The notes beneath the pieces were generated by a model. The model saw only the letters and a list, made by a program, of their open reading frames with translations, did not search any database and was not told the DNA's origin. A program made the translations under genes and the position numbers. A stretch of 64,000 bases of DNA from Candidatus Parcubacteria bacterium (lineage in GTDB: Bacteria > Patescibacteriota > Saccharimonadia > UBA4664 > JBIOIQ01): contig OY970378.1 of the NCBI GenBank assembly GCA_963718875.1, forward strand, positions 324,396 through 388,395. Direction: 5' to 3'. The number at the start of each line of letters is the position of its first letter. Position 1 is the stretch's first letter. Shown here piece by piece: positions 34,347 through 43,721 of the stretch.

Positions 34347-34737
34347 CAGTTGTCTCCTTAAAATTAGGTACTCGTTTCGCTGCTTGGCTAAGGGCTTGTT
34401 TTTCTTCGTTGGAAAGCTGGTATTTACTAGATCCGTAATCTATTGGCTTAACATAGACACGAGTGCCTTCGCGACCGTGGATGCTAGTAAGGACGTATCC
34501 TGAGTCGTGGGCATCCAAGACCGCCAAGGTAAAGCTTTGATCCCCGCCGGTGTCTCCAAAAGGGTTAAACCTCACGACCGAAATTTTTTGCGATGCCAGG
34601 GCGCTTGTAACTGTGAGCTTTTGGTAAGATTGATTTAGTTGATCAAGTTTTTTATCAACTGAGCTTACTTGTTCAGTATAACCAACCAATTGTTGTTCTA
34701 AGTCCCCAGATGCAGTATTGCCAAGTGCGGCAGTCAT
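34330..34737 (-). CDS. hypothetical protein; the frame is open upstream through a TM segment without a canonical start
   Basis: Listed ORF starts at the ATG at 34737. An in-frame upstream run encodes FFLATTAFLTLGLSWCLWKLARINRR with only a CTG after a GGAGG sequence. Confidence 0.35.
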   Translation of the reverse strand: MTAALGNTASGDLEQQLVGYTEQVSSVDKKLDQLNQSYQKLTVTSALASQKISVVRFNPFGDTGGDQSFTLAVLDAHDSGYVLTSIHGREGTRVYVKPIDYGSSKYQLSNEEKQALSQAAKRVPNFKETTDGQKI

Positions 34738-34960
34738 GCGTCGATTGATGCGAGCAAGCTTCCATAGGCACCAAGAAAGACCCAGTGTTAGAAAAGCTGT
34801 TGTAGCTAAAAAAAACGTTTGCAGTGTTCCTCCAAAAAAATCTTATAAATGTAAGTATACAGGACTATTTTTTTAAGTTTTAATCATTACATTCTAAAAA
34901 TCGGCAGTTTGGCGGTATGGATTGGTTATTATATTCAACGAGTGCTACTATGGATGTGTT

Positions 34961-35263
34961 ATGGCAAAGAAGAAAAAATCACACAAGAAACACTATAAGC
35001 AAAACTATTCTAAACCTGCTGTGTCAAAAGTTCTTTCTGAAAATGCTACAGCACGCACGGGTTCTGTTAGTGCTCCCAGTGTGCCCGTAGTTTCGTCTAA
35101 ACCCATAGCTAGTTACCAAGTGGCTAATCTAAACCTTATAAAACAAGATGTGATTAAAGTGGCAATTTTGGCCTCGACATTTGTTGTTCTGCAGCTGCTT
35201 TTGTGGGGATTATTCGAAAATACTTCGATTGGGCCTACTATCTACAATTTTGTAAAAGTTTAA
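34961..35263 (+). CDS. small hypothetical membrane protein (Lys-rich N-terminus, C-terminal TM)
   Basis: MAKKKKSHKK ... VAILASTFVVLQLLLWGLF. Confidence 0.35.
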   Translation: MAKKKKSHKKHYKQNYSKPAVSKVLSENATARTGSVSAPSVPVVSSKPIASYQVANLNLIKQDVIKVAILASTFVVLQLLLWGLFENTSIGPTIYNFVKV

Positions 35264-35266
35264 GCT

Positions 35267-36763
35267 CTATCTGGAACGGTACTGAATAGCTTCGGTTATA
35301 TGTCTTGTCTCAATATTAGGACTGACGTCAAGGTCGGCAATGGTCCGAGCCACTTTTAGTGTGCGCATAAAAGCTCGGGCGGATAAGTTTAGGCTGTTCA
35401 TTGCTTGCTGCAATAGGCTAGAGCTGGCCAAGTCTAGCTTACAAAACTGTTCTATTTGTACGTTTGTCATGGCGGAATTGGTAATCAAGGTGCTATTAAA
35501 CCGCTGGTTTTGTGTTTTACGTGCTCTAGCAACTCTAACAGCGGCTTCCTCACTAGTACCGCTGTGTGATCGTTGCAATAACTTGCTTTGGTCCACCCGT
35601 GCAACTTGCACCGACAGGTCGATCCTATCGAGTAAGGGGCCAGAGATTTTGCGATGATAGTTGGCTACTTGGGCGGGGCTGCAATCGCAGTTTTGGATGG
35701 CGTCGCCAGCATAGCCGCATGGACAAGGGTTTTGGGTGGCGATGAGCAGAAACTTTGATGGAAATGTTACAACACTATTAGCTCTAGCTACGGTTACATA
35801 CCCGTCTTCTAGAGGTTGACGTAATACTTCGAGTACACTTCTGGGAAATTCAGGAAGTTCGTCTAAAAATAAGACTCCATAGTGGCTGAGGCTGATTTCG
35901 CCTGGCTTAGGAAACCGTCCTCCGCCTATCAGTGCAACTGAGCTTGCGGTATGGTGAGGATGACGGAATGGCCGTTGCTGGATAATGCCGCTAAGGGCAT
36001 TACCGGCGAGGCTGTGAAGCTGGGTAATTTCTATGGTTTCGGCCAAAGATGGTGGAGGCATCAAGCCAATTAGAGCCTTAGCAAGCATGGTTTTGCCGGC
36101 GCCCGGTGGACCTGACAGGAGTATATTGTGGCTACCTGCAGCAGCAATTTCCAACGCCCTTTTAGCTTGTTCTTGGCCATATATAGTATTTAAATTTGTT
36201 GTAATATTTACTTTATTGAACTCAAGTCTACTTGATTTGTATGTTGTAATTAACTCTTCACCAATAAGATGACGATAGAGCTCAAATAAGTTTTTAACCG
36301 GGTAGACGTTAATGTTCTGCATAATAGCTGCTTCAGGAGCGTTTTGGGCAGGTATAAATAAATTTTTTATCCCGTGCCTGCTGGCCAGTAGAGCATATGA
36401 CAGAACTCCGGGTATTGGCCTTAAATTTCCGTCTAAGCCGAGTTCTCCGGCAAATATTGCTTGGTCAGGGTTAATTTTAATTTGGCCGCTGGCCTGTAAT
36501 AATGCAACCGCGATCCCAAGATCAAAGGCGCTGCCATCTTTGGGAAGGTCGGCCGGAGCTAGACTTAAAGTGATGCGTCTCGGGGGTAGCTGGAGATTAC
36601 TGTGCTTTATAGCACTGCGTACGCGTTCTTTTGATTCCTCGATGGCTTTGTCGGCTAATCCAACCACAATAAAGGCTGGTAAACCGTTTGATAAGTCGCA
36701 CTCTACGCTTACTATCTGTCCGTCCATTCCAAAATGGGTAGGGGCGAGAACTTTGGCTAGCAT
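35267..36763 (-). CDS. YifB/ComM-family Mg-chelatase-like AAA+ ATPase
   Basis: N-terminal Lon-like domain, Walker A (GPPGAGKT), Walker B (LFLDELPEF) and C-terminal ChlI domain. Confidence 0.8.
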   Translation of the reverse strand: MLAKVLAPTHFGMDGQIVSVECDLSNGLPAFIVVGLADKAIEESKERVRSAIKHSNLQLPPRRITLSLAPADLPKDGSAFDLGIAVALLQASGQIKINPDQAIFAGELGLDGNLRPIPGVLSYALLASRHGIKNLFIPAQNAPEAAIMQNINVYPVKNLFELYRHLIGEELITTYKSSRLEFNKVNITTNLNTIYGQEQAKRALEIAAAGSHNILLSGPPGAGKTMLAKALIGLMPPPSLAETIEITQLHSLAGNALSGIIQQRPFRHPHHTASSVALIGGGRFPKPGEISLSHYGVLFLDELPEFPRSVLEVLRQPLEDGYVTVARANSVVTFPSKFLLIATQNPCPCGYAGDAIQNCDCSPAQVANYHRKISGPLLDRIDLSVQVARVDQSKLLQRSHSGTSEEAAVRVARARKTQNQRFNSTLITNSAMTNVQIEQFCKLDLASSSLLQQAMNSLNLSARAFMRTLKVARTIADLDVSPNIETRHITEAIQYRSR

Positions 36764-36879
36764 TTTATATTCCTTTTCTACACCCTCTAAAGGTATAATA
36801 CCGAACATAAACCGAACTGTCAATACGAAAACTTTTAACCTATAACATTTAATTTTTAACTTTTTCGCCCAAAATTAGC

Positions 36880-36907
36880 AGGTCAAAGGTCAAAGGTCAA
36901 AGGTCAG
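36880..36907. repeat. tandem heptamer AGGTCAA x4 in the divergent promoter region between the YifB-like gene and a TrmB regulator
   Basis: AGGTCAAAGGTCAAAGGTCAAAGGTCAG. Confidence 0.6.
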
Positions 36908-36962
36908 TTAAGTGTTGTTGATGGTTGACATTATTAAACCCAATAGGTATGCTCGAGCAGGT

Positions 36963-37742
36963 ATGAACGAAGATTTACTACGATCAATTGAAGATTTGGG
37001 TTTGAGCCAGAAAGAGGCCAGAGTTTACGTAGCTAATTTAATGCTTGGTCCTGCCACTGTTCAAAAAATTGCCGATCAAGCAGAGATTAAACGTGTAACA
37101 ACCTATGTAATTTTGGAATCCTTGGCTGCGCTCGGCTTAGTGAGCCAAAGCAATCAGGGTAAAAAAACCTATTTTACAGCCGAGGATCCTATAAGTCTGA
37201 GGCGCTTGTTAGATAAAAAAGAGCAGCAAGTTAAAGAACAGAAGCTTGGATTTGAAAATGTTTTACCAGATTTGCGAGATCTTCGTGGTATGCCTGCTGA
37301 TAGCCCCAATGTAAAGTTTTATAATAGTACGGAAGGTATTAATAGCCTGATGAAAGTTTTTTTTGCCTTGCAGGCTGAGGCCGGCAAGAAAATACTATAT
37401 GGCATTAGTAATTTAGACCAAGTAGATGAGTTTTTTCCCGAAATTGAGCGCAATTTATTTAATCCTGAGAGACTAAAAGCGGGGATTAAAAGTCGATTCC
37501 TTTATACTTCGTCTAAAGGACCTGTCTTGCATACCACAGACGCGAAAAGTTTTCGTGAGTCTAGATATATACCCATTGATAAGTATCCTTTGAACGGGGA
37601 TTTTACTATTCTTGGAGATACGATTGTCATGTTATCATTGGTTGGAAAACCCTTGGGCATATCTATCAAAAGCGTAGAAATAGCAATTGGATTGACAGCG
37701 ATATTCAATTTGGCCTGGGATGCTGCTGAAAAATACAATTAG
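36963..37742 (+). CDS. TrmB-family transcriptional regulator
   Basis: LGLSQKEARVYVANLMLGPATVQKIADQAEIKRVTTYVILESLAALGLV. Confidence 0.6.
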   Translation: MNEDLLRSIEDLGLSQKEARVYVANLMLGPATVQKIADQAEIKRVTTYVILESLAALGLVSQSNQGKKTYFTAEDPISLRRLLDKKEQQVKEQKLGFENVLPDLRDLRGMPADSPNVKFYNSTEGINSLMKVFFALQAEAGKKILYGISNLDQVDEFFPEIERNLFNPERLKAGIKSRFLYTSSKGPVLHTTDAKSFRESRYIPIDKYPLNGDFTILGDTIVMLSLVGKPLGISIKSVEIAIGLTAIFNLAWDAAEKYN

Positions 37743-38508
37743 ATTTTAAATTCAGAGACCTACCTACTAAATATTGTACGATTGAGCTTGTGTTTTTTAG
37801 TAGTAATTATTATTGACTCAGTGTTGCTTAAAGTGTAGAATTGACTCTGCTTCGAAGCGCACCGTTACTTGGTCGCAGAGATGCACTCCGGCATGACAAG
37901 TCGTCTTCCGGGGTTACCATAGGCCACTCGTACCTGATAGAAGGAGGGGATGATGGGACGTTGAGCCCAAAGTTCTCATATTCTACTCGCGTACCGGGTT
38001 GCCGCCAGGCAGATCCGAAGGCTATCTCGGCCTGAAGTAAATCCTGAGGGCAACCCTGGGAACTAGATCTGCGATCCTCCTTCCCAGGGGAGGTAGCAGA
38101 ATGGTCATAGGCGCCTGCAGCGCCAACGGCCCCAAAGCGAGGAGATGAACTCCGGCCCACGGTCAACTATCGACCTCGCTGCGGTTTGGAAAGACTGCAA
38201 GGCCGCGCCGCAATGGCAGCCGCTTGCAGCAAAAACGCGGAAAAGACTTTCGCGTTTTTGTCCAGGTGAGAACGTGTTCTCACCAATATTTGCTCGTGAC
38301 GACCTCATCGACAACCCCCCCACGTTACCGATGAACGTCACGAGCAAAATTTCCCCGGTAACGGCAACTTCCTCTCCGCTCACTCTCTTTGTAGTGTCGG
38401 AGCGGAGTCGTTACCGGGGTAGTGTCCCCAATGATCCTGGATTTTTTCAGGGTCTACCATAAGGCCCTTAGTTTTCAAAAGGAACTCGGGGTCTTTTTCT
38501 TAACTTAA

Positions 38509-39447
38509 TTATTTAAAACTTTGACGATACCAGTCAGCTGCTGATTCTGGGAATATTGGGTTTATGATAATGCCAGTACTTAACTCAAATCCGCCGCCAA
38601 TTGTTTGGCGTGGTTCAACTTTTAACACAAAATGATGATCGTAACCAACCAGCGAATCTTGCAGTAAAAAGTTAAAACTAATTTTTGACTCATCTAGAAA
38701 TTGAGTAATTTTTTGCAAAATTACCGCAAATTGATAACGCTCATCTTGTGTAAGTTCTGCAAAAGTTCCGCTGTGTCGTTTTGGGCTAATCCAGGCTTCA
38801 AAAGGGTTTTCGCTGCAGTAGGGTGCATATGCTACAACGTCAGGTTGGTCATATATAATGCGCTCTTTTTGGCCTTGTTCCCAAGCTATAAGATCACAAT
38901 AGGCGCAGGTGCCATATTCTTGGGTGTAGCTATTGAGGGCAGTAGCTTCGTGAGCTAAATGCGGAGGAACGATGGGTAGGGCAAATATTTGCGAGTGGGC
39001 GTGGGCAATAGAGGCGCCAGATTTGGGCCCGTCGTTTTTAAAGACTGTGACATGTCGGATGTCTTTAATTTTTCGTAGGTGGGCTAGACGGTGGGCATAG
39101 GCAGTAAATACTCGTTCAATTTGGGTCAGTGAAAGTTCCGAGAACTCTATATTATGTTCCGGTGTCTCAATCACAACCTCTTGCTTGCCGTAGGCCTTTT
39201 TATTATCAAGGGTAAAAGCTGGATATTTATTGTCGATTACTTTAACAAGCCATTGGCCGCGGGAATTCTTGATTTCATAAATCGATGGGTCATTTTCAAT
39301 TGCTGGGCTGGTAGCCGTTTCGCCAGTATGGGATATATTGCGGCTGATTAACTCATTTGGGCGCATGTTACGTTTTGGAGCTATGACAACGTAGCGATCA
39401 AGAAAATAATGTTTACGCAGCTCAGATTTTGATGATTGATGCTCCAT
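38509..39447 (-). CDS. galT: galactose-1-phosphate uridylyltransferase (HIT family, GalT-type)
   Basis: SIAHAHSQIFALP (HxHxQ) and the Cys/His metal site pattern. Confidence 0.75.
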   Translation of the reverse strand: MEHQSSKSELRKHYFLDRYVVIAPKRNMRPNELISRNISHTGETATSPAIENDPSIYEIKNSRGQWLVKVIDNKYPAFTLDNKKAYGKQEVVIETPEHNIEFSELSLTQIERVFTAYAHRLAHLRKIKDIRHVTVFKNDGPKSGASIAHAHSQIFALPIVPPHLAHEATALNSYTQEYGTCAYCDLIAWEQGQKERIIYDQPDVVAYAPYCSENPFEAWISPKRHSGTFAELTQDERYQFAVILQKITQFLDESKISFNFLLQDSLVGYDHHFVLKVEPRQTIGGGFELSTGIIINPIFPESAADWYRQSFK

Positions 39448-39479
39448 ATTTTAAGCGTAACAATTTTTAGAGGTATCGG

Positions 39480-40742
39480 CTAGCTTTTAGTCTGGACAGG
39501 TTTGTTTAAAAGGTCTTTATATAGGGCTTCAAGTCGCTTAGCCTGGCTGTTTACGGATAATTTGGATGCCCGAGTGCGTGCATCATCGCCCAATCTGTCA
39601 TGTAGGGCTTGATCCTTGAGGATACTTATAAGCTTGTCGGCAAAATCAGCGGCATTATTTTTGGCGTAAAGACCGCTTTTATTGTCAATTACGACTTCTG
39701 TTATGCCATGATCAATCATTACAGTAGGGACTCCGGCAGCCGCAGCCTCATTAACTACCAGCCCTTGGGTGTCGGTTCGCGATGGGAAAGCAAAAACATA
39801 GCTACTTTCGAAAACTGCTCCCAAAACAGTTCTGTCGGTGATAAAACCAGTAAAAATAACTTTATCGGTCAAGCCAAGCGACTTTGCCATAGCTTGTAAC
39901 ACTTTCCTATGAACGTTATCGCCAACAATCACTACGCGACTGTCTGGAACGTGTTTATGTACAATGGCAAAGGCTCGAATTAGTAGCTCCAAGTTTTTTT
40001 CGGCGGCAGGACGGCCAACATTTAAAATAACTTTTTTACCACGCAATGAACTGTATTTGTTGTAAAAAGACTTAATCTCGTCTGAATTCGTTGTGATTTT
40101 ATCAACACCTGTTGGCAAAATAGCTACTGGCTTAATTGTTTTCCAAGATTTTAATTGCTCGGCAACTTTAAAAGATGGGGCTATGACTAGATCACATAGA
40201 TTGTTCATTAGCGGAATCATTTTGGTAACAAGTTTTTGGCTCCAGCGGTCTATACTGATCTCGGGACGCATTAAAGTAATAGAGGTTTTATAAAGGTTTG
40301 GCTTATTTACTAGAAGCGGCAGCATTTGGCTCAGTATTATCGCTCCAGGTAGCGCTTGCGGGTAATGTTTTACATATTCAAATAAATCGGTGTGGTAAGT
40401 AGTCACAAGAGGGATATTGTCTTTAAGCGCAACGGCAATGCCAAAAATTCCCATTTCGCTAGGAGTATGTATATGAACAATATCTAGGCCTAGCCGATGG
40501 GCGCGGCGGTATGCTTGTGGTGTCCAGGGAAACTTGGTCAGATAATCATCAAAGCCAAGTCCCTTGATGGCAGGGAAGCGGATAATATGCGGGTCGGTTT
40601 CTTTGTAGCGAAAGCTTGGTGCGGGAGCAAAAATAAATACCTCGTGTCCAAGGGCCTCGAGTTCTTTACGAAAGTTAACAATTGAATACACTACACCATC
40701 TATTTGGGGGAGGTAGCGTTCACTGAAAAAACCTATTTTCAT
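39480..40742 (-). CDS. glycosyltransferase family 4
   Basis: GT4 pattern (GRPAAEKNLELLIRAF ... FAFPSRTDTQGLVVNEAAAAGVPTV). Confidence 0.75.
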   Translation of the reverse strand: MKIGFFSERYLPQIDGVVYSIVNFRKELEALGHEVFIFAPAPSFRYKETDPHIIRFPAIKGLGFDDYLTKFPWTPQAYRRAHRLGLDIVHIHTPSEMGIFGIAVALKDNIPLVTTYHTDLFEYVKHYPQALPGAIILSQMLPLLVNKPNLYKTSITLMRPEISIDRWSQKLVTKMIPLMNNLCDLVIAPSFKVAEQLKSWKTIKPVAILPTGVDKITTNSDEIKSFYNKYSSLRGKKVILNVGRPAAEKNLELLIRAFAIVHKHVPDSRVVIVGDNVHRKVLQAMAKSLGLTDKVIFTGFITDRTVLGAVFESSYVFAFPSRTDTQGLVVNEAAAAGVPTVMIDHGITEVVIDNKSGLYAKNNAADFADKLISILKDQALHDRLGDDARTRASKLSVNSQAKRLEALYKDLLNKPVQTKS

Positions 40743-41911
40743 TTTGTTGTCCCCTGGACTAACCGCTTATATTGCAGTTCATATTCGTGGAAAGTTACAT
40801 CGGTAGAGTGGTGGTCGCCGATAATTTTTAGGCTGGCTTTGCCAAAATCCTGCTGGCGCTGAGGGTTTTCGAGTATTGCCAAGGTTTTTACGGCTAGTTC
40901 TTGGTAGTCGTCGCGCTTGAACAAATATCCATTAACGCCGTCTTGGCACAGCTCTTTTAGAGCTGCAACGTCAACCGACACAATTGGTAGTCCTGTGGCC
41001 ATTGCTTCAAGTATAACAATGCTTTGGAGCTCGGCCGGAGATGCCATTAAAAACATGCTTGATGCAGTATAAAGTAGGGGCTTATCATCTTCATCTAAAA
41101 ATCCCGTAAAGCTAATATGGCTTTCGACGCCCAAATCACGGGCCTGTTTTTTGCAAGCGTTTAAAGCTACGCCGGCGCCGGCAATTACAAGATGTGTTTT
41201 TTTGTGCTTAAGAATGAGAGGTAAGGCGGAAATTATGAGGTCAATACGCTTTTCGCCGTCTACTCGGCCAAGATAGAGCAATATTGGTCTATCAGTGGGC
41301 AAATTGTATTTCTTGATGAGCGAAGATGCATCAAGGCCTGGGTGAAAAACTGCGGTATCGATACCATTGGTAATGGCTTTGTGGGGTGATTTGAGGCCAC
41401 GGTCAACCAAGAGTTGGACGGCGGTGGGGGTGGGGGAAGTAACAAAATTGCACTTATTATGGAACCACACCAAATAGCGCCAGATTAGAGCATGAAAAAA
41501 TGGCCGGTTTATGAAGTGCATATTTAAAAGAGCGTTTTCTGGCATAAAATGGTTGGTGCCGAGAACCGGAATATGATAGCGTTTAGCCCACATAAGGGCG
41601 GACAATCCCATGAGACCGGCGTTGTGGATGTGGATGACGTTTGGTTTAACTTGCTTTATAACACGGCGGGCTGACCAGAAGGGCCAGTAGCTGACTCGGT
41701 ATTTGGGGTTGTATAGTAGGACCCAAGACTTTTCGCGGTAGATGGTAGTGGGGCCGTCGGGCTGAATATAGGAACTAAAGCCAACTGCGGGAGCCCAGAT
41801 ACTTAAGCTGTGGCCAAGCGCTGAGATGCCATAGGCTAGTCGGCGTTCAAATAACGCTCCACCGTCGAGGCTTGGCCAGTAGCTTTCGGTTGCCAAAAGA
41901 ATCTTCATCTT
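40739..41911 (-). CDS. glycosyltransferase family 4
   Basis: MKILLATESYWPSLDGGA N-terminus and a GT4 C-terminal motif. Overlaps the downstream glycosyltransferase by 4 nt. Confidence 0.7.
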   Translation of the reverse strand, partial: KMKILLATESYWPSLDGGALFERRLAYGISALGHSLSIWAPAVGFSSYIQPDGPTTIYREKSWVLLYNPKYRVSYWPFWSARRVIKQVKPNVIHIHNAGLMGLSALMWAKRYHIPVLGTNHFMPENALLNMHFINRPFFHALIWRYLVWFHNKCNFVTSPTPTAVQLLVDRGLKSPHKAITNGIDTAVFHPGLDASSLIKKYNLPTDRPILLYLGRVDGEKRIDLIISALPLILKHKKTHLVIAGAGVALNACKKQARDLGVESHISFTGFLDEDDKPLLYTASSMFLMASPAELQSIVILEAMATGLPIVSVDVAALKELCQDGVNGYLFKRDDYQELAVKTLAILENPQRQQDFGKASLKIIGDHHSTDVTFHEYELQYKRLVQGTTK

Positions 41912-42011
41912 CATTAGTATAGCAAACTGATTATCCTTAGGGTGTTTTTGAAGTTTGGGTAAAAAAACGGCCCAGCAATGCAAGACCGTTTTTTTTTGTG
42001 CGAACTAGGTT

Positions 42012-42284
42012 CTAGAATGCGCCTGAATCTGATGCAGGGGTAACATTGTCATCGTCATCGTCCCCTTCGCTGTCATCGTCATCGTCATCAGAATCGTTGT
42101 CATCTGCTGCATCAATGTCTTCGAGTTCATCGTCTTCTGGCTCTGCCGTAACGTCATCATCGTTAGCAGGAGGAGTTCCGCCCCCTAATTCCTCACCAAA
42201 GACGTTTTCTGGCCAATCCAAAGGGGTGTTATATGTTTCGTGGTCTTTCATTTGCCAATCTGTTCGGTCACCGTATATATCCAT
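42012..42284 (-). CDS. small highly acidic protein with C-terminal poly-Asp tract
   Basis: GGAGGT Shine-Dalgarno 5 nt before the ATG at 42284. C-terminal DDDDDDSEGDDDDD. Confidence 0.4.
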   Translation of the reverse strand: MDIYGDRTDWQMKDHETYNTPLDWPENVFGEELGGGTPPANDDDVTAEPEDDELEDIDAADDNDSDDDDDDSEGDDDDDNVTPASDSGAF

Positions 42285-42386
42285 CTCGTACCTCCACGTT
42301 TTAGTTATCGTAACGAACTGCACACCCCAATACATTACGTTGTCGATCCTCCAGCCCGCGCTCGTCGTAGGCAATTACTACGACTT

Positions 42387-42430
42387 TTCCGTCAGCTGAC
42401 GGATACGGGCTTCGGCTCTCCTGTACTGCA
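42387..42430 (+). repeat. family D module, full copy
   Basis: TTCCGTCAGCTGACGGATACGGGCTTCGGCTCTCCTGTACTGCA. Confidence 0.6.
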
Positions 42431-42580
42431 TTAAAGTGTGCAGTTCGTTGTAGTTACTATCTTATGTGTGTGTGCGTAGCTTTACTATTGAAAGATTATC
42501 CAAAAATGTGTTCGGTTTTGAGGCGAACAAAGTGCTGTATATGCTGATTACTTTTCTAATCGTTATCTGTATCTGCTATT

Positions 42581-42639
42581 GATAAAAACATTGTTGATGC
42601 CCCGACCAAGCGCAACAAAATGCGCAAGGTCGGGGCATC
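42581..42639 (-). terminator. intrinsic terminator downstream of the Flp pilin gene
   Basis: 12-bp perfect stem GATGCCCCGACC/GGTCGGGGCATC (42596-42607 and 42628-42639) followed on the minus strand by a T-rich tract. Confidence 0.55.
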
Positions 42640-42656
42640 TGGGTGCGGATGCCGTG

Positions 42657-42830
42657 CTACTGAGTGGCTGTAGTCGCGGTGGTGGGTGGGGTGTTGGAGC
42701 TGGTGTCTTCGCCCATGGTGGTCAGGGCCACGATGCAGACCACGGCGATGAGGGCCATGAGTAGGGCGTACTCGATGAGAGCCGAACCCGCCTCGGTTGT
42801 GCTCCTGCGAATTGCTTTCATGTGCTGCAT
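42657..42830 (-). CDS. Flp/Fap-family type IVb pilin (Tad pilus major subunit), high-GC island
   Basis: MKAIRRSTTEAGSALIEYALLMALIAVVCIVAL matches the Flp motif. GGGAGG Shine-Dalgarno. GC about 60% by eye. Confidence 0.6.
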   Translation of the reverse strand: MQHMKAIRRSTTEAGSALIEYALLMALIAVVCIVALTTMGEDTSSNTPPTTATTATQ

Positions 42831-42902
42831 GAAACCTCCCTGTAGTTGGAACATATATGGTAATGGAAACTGATGCTCCTGCTGTCAAACGGGGCAAGGC
42901 CT

Positions 42903-43217
42903 CTAGTGTATGTGTCTTTCGGCCGCCCGTCCGAGCTCGTCACCAACGCGGCCGTCTCGTTCGCCCACAGACTGCGCGAAAGCTTGGCCTCTAACCTTGT
43001 CGAGCTCCCAACCGGCTACAAATACTGCCACCAGAAGTGGCAAAGTCAGAGTCTTGCACACAAGGGTGACCCATCCTGGGAGTTGTTGCTCAAAGCCGTA
43101 CCAGGTCATGGCCACAACAAAAGCCACGGCTGCTAGAGTCAGAAAGCGTGTCCATGCCGCGCCGTTCTTGGCGGGCCGAAGACGACTCAGCTCTGTGAGA
43201 TCTGCAAAATCATCCAT
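42903..43217 (-). CDS. hypothetical membrane protein in the high-GC Flp island (strand call tentative)
   Basis: Two TM helices. Co-oriented with the Flp gene. The overlapping plus-strand ORF 42873-43136 was rejected. Confidence 0.3.
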   Translation of the reverse strand: MDDFADLTELSRLRPAKNGAAWTRFLTLAAVAFVVAMTWYGFEQQLPGWVTLVCKTLTLPLLVAVFVAGWELDKVRGQAFAQSVGERDGRVGDELGRAAERHIH

Positions 43218-43324
43218 TTCCCGCTCCTAGCGTCGACGTTTCTGCCTGCGGATGCAGGTTTAAAATATAATAATATAATTGCTAGCACTTGTAAAATATT
43301 CTTGATTAACTACCCTCAAAAATG

Positions 43325-43330
43325 CTATAA
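43325..43330 (+). promoter_or_regulatory. TATAAT -10 box for ssrA
   Basis: TATAAT lies 12 nt upstream of the tmRNA 5' GGGG. Confidence 0.4.
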
Positions 43331-43342
43331 TTTTGAACACAT

Positions 43343-43721
43343 GGGGCTGATATTAGCTTCGACGTGAGGACATTTACAAACTACTCGGCAGGTCGCAGGC
43401 AGGCGTTACTATCCAAACAATAAACAAATCACAACTTTGTTTCACGGGTGAAGTCGCTCTTTGCAGTTCCTTCATTCGCACCTGCTTTCGCCTAAACACG
43501 AAAGCCATCGTCTCCCTGATGCCCGGTAGGGGACAGACGGTGCCAATTATCGGGACGCTTCCCGCCATTTGCCTCATTGGTGGGACTAAGACTTGAGGTT
43601 GCTGCGTTTGATTATCTTGTCTGTTCTAAGATCAGCGCTTAAGACAATTGAATAGGATAAGCCTGTAGAAGAGTAGTGCGTAACTTCGCGGACCGGGGTG
43701 CAATTCCCCGCAGCTCCACCA
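43343..43721 (+). ncRNA. ssrA: transfer-messenger RNA (tmRNA, SsrA)
   Basis: 5' GGGGCTGATATTAGCTTCGACGTGAGG and 3' GGACCGGGGTGCAATTCCCCGCAGCTCCACCA (T-arm plus acceptor plus CCA). The 5' and 3' ends pair as a tRNA-like domain. I did not resolve the tag reading frame. Confidence 0.8.

Noticed and set aside
37828-38462. Three short overlapping ORFs (112, 92 and 105 aa) in the GC-rich spacer
   Set aside because: None has coherent protein character. They overlap on both strands. The region is treated as non-coding RNA or gene remnant instead.
42046-42399. Ser-rich 117-aa plus-strand ORF
   Set aside because: Antisense reading of the GAT/GAC-repeat region encoding the poly-Asp tail of the acidic protein.
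42873-43136. 87-aa plus-strand ORF overlapping the putative membrane protein in the Flp island
   Set aside because: The minus-strand frame is co-oriented with the Flp gene and has TM helices. The choice remains low-confidence.
43374-43577. 67-aa minus-strand ORF
   Set aside because: Antisense to tmRNA.
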